Of a stretch of DNA of 15,157 nt, positions 1 through 7,469 are shown piece by piece; positions within the stretch are counted from its first letter, which is position 1, and every line of letters starts with the position of its first letter. Made by a program: the position numbers and the translations under genes. Under the pieces are notes generated by a model, which saw nothing but the letters and a program-made list of their open reading frames with translations, ran no database searches and was not told the DNA's origin. The stretch covers positions 1 through 15,157 of the forward strand of contig CAWIEK010000061.1 in assembly GCA_963835065.1 (NCBI GenBank), in the 5' to 3' direction. The stretch comes from an uncultured Chthonomonadaceae bacterium. Its GTDB lineage: Bacteria > Armatimonadota > Chthonomonadetes > Chthonomonadales > Chthonomonadaceae.

Positions 1-411
1 CACCTGCATCAGCAGTTCGCCGAGTACGTTCTGCCCCTGCCCGCCGCAGTTGGCGCACCGGCAGCGGCCCCAGTACCTATCGTGCCAGCGATTGCCCTCT
101 ACCAATTCTTCATCCCCGGTTTGCAGCAGCAATTCGCGTAGGGCGGCATCGGCAAATTTGACGCGCAGCAGTTCGCGCATGATGTCGCGCTTGGCGGCTT
201 CCCAATCTTCGCGCAGGGTGACGCGCCGCCCCTTGCGCTTGGCAATCACCGGGTTGGCGTTGGCGCGAATCGTGGCGCGTTCTTCGGCAATGGACGTTTT
301 CGCCGCCTGAAACGCATGTTCGACGGTTGGGTACGTGTCGCCTTCAAATTCTATGGGTGACTTATAGAAGTTGGATAAAAAGCGGTTTTCGCCTGCAAAC
401 TCTTCGATCAT
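1..411 (-). CDS. NADAR (YbiA-like/DUF1768) family protein, 3' end runs off the window
   Basis: Manual translation from ATG at 411: MIEEFAGENRFLSNFYKSPIEFEGDTYPTVEHAFQAAK...AKRKGRRVTLREDWEAAKRDIMRELLRVKF...LLLQTGDEELVEGNRWHDRYWGRCRCANCGGQGQNVLGELLMQV. Has the NADAR motifs FLSNF, TVEHxFQAxK, LxxTGDxxLVE, DxxWG, GxNxLGxxLM. Not in the ORF track because it has no stop in the window. Confidence 0.92.
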   Translation of the reverse strand, partial: MIEEFAGENRFLSNFYKSPIEFEGDTYPTVEHAFQAAKTSIAEERATIRANANPVIAKRKGRRVTLREDWEAAKRDIMRELLRVKFADAALRELLLQTGDEELVEGNRWHDRYWGRCRCANCGGQGQNVLGELLMQV

Positions 412-543
412 ATCCGGTTTCGCCTTCCGCGCCTTTCTCACTATGCCACGCAGGGATTTTACCTGCGCGGCAAGAATATGCAACTGCCTTGTGACGCTGA
501 TTATTTACTGCCCGCCCTGTTTGAAAAGCGGAAGGATACTGTT

Positions 544-1406
544 GTGAACGAATTTGCAGCAAAGCGCATCCAAACGCTGGTCGCCATTATGAAAGATGAG
601 GCCGACTGGCGGCGGGTGCAGGAACAATTGTGGTACCGCGTTCCGGTTGCAAGCGCCCCCCGCCGCTGGCCGCCGCAATGGCTCGCCTTCTATCAAACGA
701 AAATTTTCAAGGACGAGGCGTATTCCATTCGTGGTACGGCAGGGTACGCATGATACGCCGCGTACCCCGCTCCGAGTTGTTCCCGGACGAGTTTCCCAAC
801 GCCAAATCCGACAAACTGTACTATCAGGTGTTTTTGCACCGTCTGGACGCCCTGCCCGCGCCCATTGTCAGCCTGCGCCTGCGCCGCGTCGTATTCATTC
901 CCACCACCTACCACAAACTGCTGACCGCAGCCGAAATCAACGATTTATGGGATGAAAGCCCGCTTGAAGACGCGCTGTGGGAACAACTCAAACACCTGAA
1001 CATGCGCGCCGAGCGGCAGTACGACATCACGGTTGAGGACGGAAAGTACAAATTGGACTTTGCCCTCTTCTGCGCGCAGGGCAACATTGATCTGGAAACG
1101 GACGGCGATTACTGGCATATCAATGTGGAACGCGCCCCTGAAGACAACCGCCGCAACAATGCGCTGGCCGCGCATGGCTGGAAGGTGATGCGTTTTACCA
1201 CCGCGCAAATCCGGGAAGAGATGGAAACGTACTGCGTCCCGCGCATTGCCGAAGCCGTCAACAAAATGGGCGGATTGGACGACAATCAGGAACCGCCGCG
1301 CGCGTACCTCAAAGGCGACGACGGCATCGCGCAGCAATTGGGCCTCTTCGACAGCCGCACGGCCTACAGTTCTTCACCCGAAGAAGAAGATAAAGAAGCA
1401 GAATAG
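544..1406 (+). CDS. DUF559/Vsr-like endonuclease-domain protein with an N-terminal PUA/EVE-like domain; 1-nt frameshift near 731-733
   Basis: GAAGGA RBS (531-536), then GTG at 544. ORF 478-753 (LVAIMKDEADWRRVQEQLWYRVPV...WLAFYQTKIF...AYSI) joins ORF 630-1406 (WYGRV...ELFPDE...RRVVFIPTT...ESPLEDALWEQL...ERQY...YKLDFA...DLETDGDYWH...DNRRNNALAAHGWKVMRFT) if one base is restored at ATT CG-TGG TAC. The C-terminal motifs are typical of DUF559. Confidence 0.85.
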
Positions 1407-1462
1407 TTGCCTCGCCAGAAGCGTATTCAGATTAAGCAACTGTCTGCAAATTGTCTGCACAG

Positions 1463-1491
1463 TTGACGTCGGCAACGTTCTTTGCTATACT
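1463..1491 (+). promoter_or_regulatory. sigma70-type promoter, TTGACG-17bp-TATACT with extended -10 (TGn)
   Basis: Near-consensus boxes with 17-bp spacing, 72 nt upstream of ATG 1564; a near-identical copy lies at 4823-4851. Confidence 0.8.
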
Positions 1492-1563
1492 TTTGTAATG
1501 GCAAATACGGCGTTCCCTTTGAGGAAGGTACGTGGTGAAGTTTATCCAACGCAAGGAGCAGTA

Positions 1564-1776
1564 ATGGCACAAGCACAATTGATTCAAGGCAACGCGGAAA
1601 CCCTGCTGCTAATCGTTCCCGCGCAGAACGAAGACAAATCCATGTTTAATGCACAACCTGAGACAGCATTGGAAACAGCCCACGTCCGTAACGGAGTTCC
1701 GCTGTTCCCAACGAATCCCATGAGGGAACCTGTTACCATGGAACTGGTAAAGCAGTTGATGGATGAGGAGGTTTAA
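1564..1776 (+). CDS. small VapB-like putative antitoxin, copy 1 (70 aa)
   Basis: AAGGAG RBS, then MAQAQLIQGN...RNGVPLFP...PVTMELVKQLMDEEV. The C-terminal RNGxPLxP...PVTxExVxxLxDEE resembles the tail of VapB39-like antitoxins. Paralog at 4922. Confidence 0.7.
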   Translation: MAQAQLIQGNAETLLLIVPAQNEDKSMFNAQPETALETAHVRNGVPLFPTNPMREPVTMELVKQLMDEEV

Positions 1777-1777
1777 C

Positions 1778-2008
1778 ATGCCAGCATCTACCATTACTAT
1801 AGAAATGCCCGACAACTTGAATGGTTTTCATCTGCCACAGGGCGTACAGCGTCGCCTGCAAGACCTATTGGATAAACAGGATCAGGGACAATCCCTAACA
1901 CCGGCAGAGCAGGAGGAAGCGGAAGGTCTTGTAGACGTGGCCGAATGGCTGTCGCTGCTGAAACTGAGGGCACAGCGTTTTGACTCTGAAAACACGCAGC
2001 AGCCATGA
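1778..2008 (+). CDS. small helical protein (76 aa), putative antitoxin partner of the downstream HNH protein
   Basis: GAGGAGG RBS before ATG 1778. Pattern RLQDLLDKQ..LTPAEQEEAEGLVDVAEWLSLLKLRA is one I recognise upstream of this HNH type. Stop overlaps the HNH start (ATGA, 2005-2008). Confidence 0.75.
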   Translation: MPASTITIEMPDNLNGFHLPQGVQRRLQDLLDKQDQGQSLTPAEQEEAEGLVDVAEWLSLLKLRAQRFDSENTQQP

Positions 2009-2442
2009 GCGATATTCCGGCACAACTACGACGGCTTGTGCTTCAACGCGCGCAAGGACGATGCGAATATTGCGGGCTTGCACAGGCGGGGCAGGAAGCG
2101 GAATTCCACCTTGACCACATCATACCTGTCGTCACAGGCGGCGCGACCAGCGCCGCGAATCTTGCGCTTGCCTGCGTTTCCTGTTCACTGCGCAAGGGCG
2201 CGCGACAAACCGCGATTGATCCGCAAACAGGCAGCATTGCGGCGCTCTACCATCCACGCCGCGACAATTGGCAGCAGCATTTTCGATGGGATGAAGTGAC
2301 CCTTCATGGCTTGACAGCAACGGGCAGAGCGACCATCAACGCTATGGGTATGAACCGCTCTCGTATTCTTGCCATTCGTCAAGAAGAAACATTACGCCAT
2401 CGTCACCCGCCACCAGATACCTTCGGCGTAGAAACTTCCTAA
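2005..2442 (+). CDS. HNH endonuclease family protein (145 aa)
   Basis: RAQGRCEYC...HLDHIIP..GG...NLALACVSC..RKG...DPQTG...LYHPR..W..HF.W...G.T..GRAT: McrA-like HNH with two CxxC pairs. Confidence 0.9.
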   Translation: MSDIPAQLRRLVLQRAQGRCEYCGLAQAGQEAEFHLDHIIPVVTGGATSAANLALACVSCSLRKGARQTAIDPQTGSIAALYHPRRDNWQQHFRWDEVTLHGLTATGRATINAMGMNRSRILAIRQEETLRHRHPPPDTFGVETS

Positions 2443-2458
2443 CCTTCTGAGGTAGGAC

Positions 2459-4002
2459 GTAACTATTCAGGCAGGGGAGAAGGCACGTTGCCTTCAAAGA
2501 CGTGCTTCAACGCGGGCAAGACCTGCCGCCCCTGCTTGCGCAACGTACTGATGTAGCTGCGCACACGGCAGAACGCTTCGGCTCCTGCCAGAGTGCGGAA
2601 GCCGCCACTGATTTTCTGCTGCACTTTGAGCATCCGCACATCGCGTTCGGCCTGATTGTTGTCGAAAGGCACGGCAAAGTCATGCAGGAAGCGCAAGGTC
2701 GCGTCTTGATACGTGTGCAGGCGATCCAGCAAGTTGCGCGCCTTGCTCTGCTTGGGCTTCCCTTTCTTGTGCGGTTGAGGCGCAGGCGGCGGGTTGGCGG
2801 CATAGCCTTGCTGCACCAGCGCTTCGTAGCGCGGGGTCAAGTCGGCCAGTACGTCGGCGCTCAGGCAAACTTGGCCTTGCTGCGGGGCGGTTTCAACGGC
2901 CTGCTTGCCGTCGCGCAGCAAGGTTTGCATCTCACGCGCCCATCCTTGCTGTGGCGGGTCGGCTTCGTACACGGCGGTGAGTTCGCGCAGATGGTGGGCA
3001 TTGCACAAGGCATGACGGCAGCCATACTGGAAGTAGGAGGCCCAGCCGTCGTGAACGGCAACCCCGCCAAAGTGGGGCAGGATACCCGAAGCGTTCATGC
3101 CGTCCTGACCGCGCTTCTTGTGAACCCCATAGTGGGTCAGCAACGCCGTGCCCGCCACATGCAGCCAGTGCACTTTGCCCGCAACCCGCGCCCCACTCTC
3201 GTCAAAGGTGCCCACCGGAGCCTGCGCGAGAGCCGAAGCGATCTGTTCACAGGCGGGGTGTAAGGCCGTGGCCGCTTTGTGCAGCAACGTCAACAGGCTG
3301 GCCGGGCACACACCGGCTCCGAACACGTCCGACAGCAACTCGCAGGCGCGGTGGACGGGCAGCAGTTGGTAGCCCAGCAGGTACGTTCCCAACGCCTGCA
3401 TACGCGGCCCATACTGCACCGGCTGGCTTACACCGGCAGGAAAGGAAGCGGGGGTGACGTGTCCACAGTCGGCGCAGACCTTGTGTTGGCCCCGATGTTG
3501 GGTGACAACGAGGGTCAGGGGTGGTAAGTCTGAGACCTGCCGCCGCTCGATATGGGAGGCGGGCGTGGCGCTCAAGTCCGCGCCGCAACCTGTGCAGCAA
3601 GGCGGGGTATGGAGGACGACCACATCGGGGATGTCTACAAGCAGCAAGGTGCGTCCCGGATGTCCCGGCTGCCCGCCCGCTTTACGTCCGCTGGACTTGC
3701 GCAGCGACTTGGGCTTGTGAGCCGGTGGATCGCTTGACGGCGGCTTGCTGCTGTTGTGGCTGTCTTGTTTGAGTTGCGCTTCGAGTTGCGTAACGCGCCG
3801 GGTGAGTAGGGCCATCTGCTCTTGTTGCGTGGCAATCTGCTCCTGTTGGGTCGTGACGGTAGCTTGCAACGTGGCAATCACATTGTAGACGGCGTCTGCG
3901 CCTTGTTCGTAGATCGGTTGGAACTGCTCACGTGTTAGCATACTGCCTTTCACGAGAGAGAGGCTGCAAAAGTTGCACACCCGCGCAGGGCTGAATAGTT
4001 AC
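2459..4002 (-). mobile_element. complete IS66-family insertion sequence, single-ORF (ISBst12-like) organisation, 1544 bp
   Basis: Perfect 12-bp TIRs GTAACTATTCAG (2459-2470) and CTGAATAGTTAC (3991-4002) with IS66-type GTAA ends. 8-bp flanks GGTAGGAC (2451-2458) and GGAAGGAC (4003-4010), 7/8 identical. No tnpA/tnpB. Confidence 0.95.
2463..3941 (-). CDS. tnpC: IS66 family transposase (TnpC-like)
   Basis: Coiled coil + NSSKPPSSD + GGQPGHPG, CxxC...CxxC zinc finger, FDESG, VHDGWASY, CNAHHLREL, PFDNNQAERDVR..KVQQKISGGFR. Likely start ATG 3941 (MLTREQ, GAAAGG RBS). The stop lies inside the TIR. Confidence 0.95.
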   Translation of the reverse strand: MLTREQFQPIYEQGADAVYNVIATLQATVTTQQEQIATQQEQMALLTRRVTQLEAQLKQDSHNSSKPPSSDPPAHKPKSLRKSSGRKAGGQPGHPGRTLLLVDIPDVVVLHTPPCCTGCGADLSATPASHIERRQVSDLPPLTLVVTQHRGQHKVCADCGHVTPASFPAGVSQPVQYGPRMQALGTYLLGYQLLPVHRACELLSDVFGAGVCPASLLTLLHKAATALHPACEQIASALAQAPVGTFDESGARVAGKVHWLHVAGTALLTHYGVHKKRGQDGMNASGILPHFGGVAVHDGWASYFQYGCRHALCNAHHLRELTAVYEADPPQQGWAREMQTLLRDGKQAVETAPQQGQVCLSADVLADLTPRYEALVQQGYAANPPPAPQPHKKGKPKQSKARNLLDRLHTYQDATLRFLHDFAVPFDNNQAERDVRMLKVQQKISGGFRTLAGAEAFCRVRSYISTLRKQGRQVLPALKHVFEGNVPSPLPE

Positions 4003-4017
4003 GGAAGGACAACGTAA

Positions 4018-4776
4018 ATGAAAAAAAATCTTACGGCAATTGTGTTGACCTTGACTGCTTTGCTAAACACCGCATGCACGGGACACACGCAACAAAATCA
4101 GGTTGCGGGCCTGCAATTTGCTGGCTATACGTGGGACGTGCGGGGCGCGGGGTTGGGTGGGCCGGGACCGAACCATTGGGATGCGGCGAATGTTTGGGTG
4201 GATGCGCAGGGCTGGCTGCATCTGAAGATTTCTCATGCGTCGGGGGAATGGCGCTGCGCGGAACTCACTTCGCGGCAGCGCTTCGGTTTCGGGCGCTATC
4301 AGTTTCAGGTGTCCGGGCGGCTGGACCAGTTTGACCGCAATACCGTTCTCGGCTTGTTCAACTATCCGACCCCGGATGTGGGCGCGGACGGCACGAACGA
4401 AATAGACATTGAATTTGCGCGATGGGGCGACGCCCACTCTCCTGCCGGCAATTATACGGTCTGGCAGGCATCCGGCGCGCGTTCGCCGGAAAACCATGCC
4501 ACGTTCGGGCTTGCCAACAGTGGCGATCTCACCATGCACCAATTTTCATGGCAAGCCGCGCAGATTTCCTTTCAGTCGTTTCGCGGGGAAAAGGACGACA
4601 AAACAAAGGAACTCTGCCATTGGACTTACGCGCCCGACGAAACCCGCCTGATTCCGCAGCAGCCCCTTCCCGTTCATCTCAACCTGTGGCTGTTTCGCGG
4701 CCAGCCTCCGACGGATAACAAGGAAGTGGAGATTGTGATTCGGCAGTTCACGTTCAAGCAAAGTGGTCGCCCATGA
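4018..4776 (+). CDS. glycoside hydrolase family 16 protein, probable lipoprotein
   Basis: Catalytic EIDIE motif (NEIDIEF), FGFGRYQF, and HLNLW strand. N-terminus MKK + hydrophobic stretch + LNTAC is lipobox-like. Confidence 0.85.
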   Translation: MKKNLTAIVLTLTALLNTACTGHTQQNQVAGLQFAGYTWDVRGAGLGGPGPNHWDAANVWVDAQGWLHLKISHASGEWRCAELTSRQRFGFGRYQFQVSGRLDQFDRNTVLGLFNYPTPDVGADGTNEIDIEFARWGDAHSPAGNYTVWQASGARSPENHATFGLANSGDLTMHQFSWQAAQISFQSFRGEKDDKTKELCHWTYAPDETRLIPQQPLPVHLNLWLFRGQPPTDNKEVEIVIRQFTFKQSGRP

Positions 4777-4822
4777 TGGTGCTTCTCGTCGAATTGGCAG
4801 AGTTGCAGGACTATCCCTGTTG

Positions 4823-4851
4823 TTGACGCAGGAGGTATTCTTTGCTATACT
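4823..4851 (+). promoter_or_regulatory. sigma70-type promoter, TTGACG-17bp-TATACT with extended -10
   Basis: Shares GTTGACG and TTCTTTGCTATACTT with the promoter at 1463; 70 nt upstream of ATG 4922. Confidence 0.8.
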
Positions 4852-4921
4852 TAAATCTATGACAATACCGGCTCCTTTTCAAGGCAGCACTCGGAGAACG
4901 TAAACAAGGCAAGGGAACACT

Positions 4922-5176
4922 ATGGCACAGGCACAACTGATTCAGGGCAATACCACAGAACTGCTTTCTTACCTTACCCGACATCCACATCAGCAAGATT
5001 TACTGTTGATTGTTCCCGAAAAAGTGACCGAAGAAACAATTCCACATCCCAACGCGCAGGCGGAAGCAATGCCTGACGGAACTATTTTTCGCAATGGCGT
5101 TCCTCTCTTCCCCATGCAGGACGGAAGGCCACCGGTCACTATGGAACTGGTACAGCGTTTAATGGATGAGGAGTGG
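4922..5176 (+). CDS. small VapB-like putative antitoxin, copy 2; probable stop at 5174-5176 reads TGG, so the ORF reads through to 5329
   Basis: MAQAQLIQGN...LLLIVP...RNGVPLFP...PVTMELVQRLMDEE aligns with copy 1, with mostly synonymous changes in conserved blocks. Homology ends at DEE, and the extension overlaps the convergent gene. Confidence 0.7.
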
Positions 5177-5285
5177 AATGGCGTATTAACGCCCATCCAA
5201 ACCTGCTCCGGCTGCTCACGCCATAAGGCGAAACAACGTCAAGCGGTGTTCAGCCGATCCTACATCTATATAGAGGCAGGCGACG

Positions 5286-6173
5286 TTAATGACTGGAACG
5301 GTTTTCGCGCAGCCAGATACATTCGTTAAGGATGCGGGGCGGGCATGGCTTCCCGCTCAATATTCCAAATCCCTCTGGAGTAGATAGGGTTTTACTATAA
5401 CCAACAAAGTCGGAAACGGCCTCTGGTGGTAACAATCCCGCGTCTACGATGCGTTTATGTACGCTGTCCGGCTTGTAGACTGTAAACCAATCGATTCTTC
5501 CCTCGCGCCAAAGCCATAGCAGCCAATCACAAACGAGATAATTGGAAAGCGCCGGACCTACATTATAGAAATCCTGCTGCAAACGTGAAACCCATACTTT
5601 TTCGGCTTGTTCCACAGTGGCAGGAGGAAAGTCACCCGGCGGCAACACGTTCTGCAAGTAAGTACGGAAACTGTATCCGTGTGGTGCAAGCAGATGCGCG
5701 TTCTGAATGTAAGCGCGGATCATTGCATTTGTCTTTCGCGCTATCCATAGTCCGTGAAATGTATCCAGTGTCTCCGCGAAAGCAATAGCGCCGGGAAAGC
5801 CGCTATTGCGCAGCAGTGAGATGCCCGGTCTTACGTCCTCCACTTTTTGTCCCTCTGTCCGCATAGTAAAGCTGATCCTCTTTAACTCAGCGCGTGTCGA
5901 AGTATCCTCCCATAGACGGCCTAAATCACGCATCAGCGAGAAACTATCTTGTCCCCAATGAGGCCGTAGTCCAACAAACGAAGGGTCTTTGGGATGCTTG
6001 GCCTCGTTCAGACCACCTGTGAAAATGTCGGCGCGAAAGCCCTGCATATCTTGGCTGTGGGCGAAAAACAGCCGCCAATTCATCTCTTCGGGATCATCAG
6101 GAACCGCAACGGCATCTCCGTTGAGGATTTGTGGCAGGTACTTCGTCAGGATTGTTTGTACGTAAGCGTTCAT
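5286..6173 (-). CDS. hypothetical protein (295 aa), possible divergent HhH-GPD/EndoIII-like DNA glycosylase fold
   Basis: Long ORF with a strong AAGGAGG RBS before ATG 6173 (MNAYVQ). C-terminal LQQDFYNVGPALSNYLVCD (HhH-like), YKPDSVHKRI (KPD.H-like Asp motif) and PRILNECIW. The CDS is well supported; the function is tentative. Confidence 0.65.
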   Translation of the reverse strand: MNAYVQTILTKYLPQILNGDAVAVPDDPEEMNWRLFFAHSQDMQGFRADIFTGGLNEAKHPKDPSFVGLRPHWGQDSFSLMRDLGRLWEDTSTRAELKRISFTMRTEGQKVEDVRPGISLLRNSGFPGAIAFAETLDTFHGLWIARKTNAMIRAYIQNAHLLAPHGYSFRTYLQNVLPPGDFPPATVEQAEKVWVSRLQQDFYNVGPALSNYLVCDWLLWLWREGRIDWFTVYKPDSVHKRIVDAGLLPPEAVSDFVGYSKTLSTPEGFGILSGKPCPPRILNECIWLRENRSSH

Positions 6174-6468
6174 GTGGCCTCCTTCTGCAATCCTTGTTAT
6201 TGTTGCTCTTATTAAATGTACCTTGTTCGACAGGAATTTTGAACGGGCGCTTTGAAACTGTGCTGTGTTGGAACAGGTGGTTATCGCTATCAACGTTAGC
6301 CATTGCTCAAGCGGGTTCGTAGATTTCCGCACCGGTTATGCTTTCTCGCTCAATTGGCAGAGTTATGCAGCCATCCAGAACATGGATGGAGCCTGAATAA
6401 CAAGAAGTTACTTATACTCGGCTCCTCAGCCGAACGGGCGAAAAGCAGAAAGGTATGGCGAAACAAAC

Positions 6469-6506
6469 ACGAACAAACCCGCCAATCATTTAGCGGGTTT
6501 ATTCGT
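6469..6506 (-). terminator. intrinsic terminator downstream of the HEPN gene
   Basis: On the minus strand ACGAATAAACCCGCTAA-ATGA-TTGGCGGGTTTGTTCGT pairs fully, with two G-U wobbles that work only on this strand, followed by GTTTGTTT. Confidence 0.7.
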
Positions 6507-6620
6507 TGATACGCTTTCTGGTTTTACAGCAATGAGGATAGTACAGGCGAAATCCTTTAGCCGCTGGCAAGGTTCAGGTTTGTCGGGCTTTAACATTTGT
6601 TCGTTACCTGTGTTTTGCCC

Positions 6621-7037
6621 TCATTTACTCGAATCAGGAACCAGCGTTGCATCCCACCAGAAACCTTGCTCACGCATGTAAATCAAAATCTGCTTGAACG
6701 CTTCATCGTGGAGCCTGCGTGTCTGAGCAGCATCAGAGGGTCGCATGTCGTACCGTGCCCACTCACTTGCGGTTCTTAATCGCCGGTAATGACTTGCAAT
6801 CGGTTTCATCTGATTAGAGATGTAGACAGCGCGCTTCTCATGGGCATCCGGCATGTTCATCGGTGTCTTGGCGTGAGCGTAAGCCTGCATCAAATGAACC
6901 GCTGAATAAAACAAGGCCACCACCGCCCAACTTACCTCTTCTGAATTGTTCAGAAAACGTTCATATCGGCGGTAGTTGGCATGCGCTTCCGCTATGTGTT
7001 CCAGCGCCTCCCTATCCGTAGTTTTAGGGGCGGGCAT
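6621..7037 (-). CDS. HEPN-domain protein (putative RNase toxin, 138 aa)
   Basis: H...A..N...WAVVALFYSAVHLMQAY...AHEKR...I...Y.RL..ASEWARY matches the HEPN/UPF0332-like helical pattern; AGGAG RBS. Confidence 0.75.
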   Translation of the reverse strand: MPAPKTTDREALEHIAEAHANYRRYERFLNNSEEVSWAVVALFYSAVHLMQAYAHAKTPMNMPDAHEKRAVYISNQMKPIASHYRRLRTASEWARYDMRPSDAAQTRRLHDEAFKQILIYMREQGFWWDATLVPDSSK

Positions 7038-7049
7038 GTTCCGCTCCTA

Positions 7050-7430
7050 TTAACCCTCAACACCGCAGATAGCTGAAGGCTTTATCAGCACATCCAGCCG
7101 TCCCTGTGGGTATTGTTGATGGGTACGAATTTCGAGATCAAAGACTTCATCGGCTGCACTGCCGAACAAGTCAGGAATGGTAACAACGATTGTTCGCTCA
7201 TTCCAGGACGGGCCGCCATCCACTTGCACCGAAGCGCCTTTTATCTGTAGCGCTTGCTGATAAAAGGTAAAATTTGCTTGTTCCGTCTGTGTCGCCGTTG
7301 CGGGTTCGTCAGACACGGCAAATTGTACTGCACCCTCACCCTTCTTAGATTCTGCTTCGACTCTAATACTGGAGGGAACAGTAGATTTTGCCGTGTCTGA
7401 CACGGGTTGAGTAACATCTAAGACAGACAT
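7050..7430 (-). CDS. hypothetical protein (126 aa), putative degenerate MNT-like antitoxin of the HEPN gene
   Basis: 12 nt upstream of the HEPN gene, with its own promoter. C-terminal TIVVTIPD...DEVFDLEIRTHQQYPQGRLDVLIKP has the beta-alpha-beta pattern of minimal nucleotidyltransferases but no GS/DxD motif. Confidence 0.55.
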   Translation of the reverse strand: MSVLDVTQPVSDTAKSTVPSSIRVEAESKKGEGAVQFAVSDEPATATQTEQANFTFYQQALQIKGASVQVDGGPSWNERTIVVTIPDLFGSAADEVFDLEIRTHQQYPQGRLDVLIKPSAICGVEG

Positions 7431-7469
7431 GGTTCTAGCCCCACAAAGATAGAAATGAACGATAGTATG

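Noticed and set aside
5184..5291. attC-like site: TATTAACGCC...GACGTTAATG ends with inner CCTGC/GCAGG and CGGCTG/CAGCCG pairings next to a stop codon
   Set aside because: R-to-L box spacing is asymmetric with large bulges, there is no second similar site and no integron integrase in view; may be chance.
5177..5329. C-terminal extension of the 135-aa ORF 4922-5329
   Set aside because: Paralog homology ends at DEE and the extension overlaps the convergent gene; likely a lost stop.
6174..6332. N-terminal extension of the 348-aa ORF
   Set aside because: A strong AAGGAGG RBS precedes ATG 6173, and the extension lacks comparable support.
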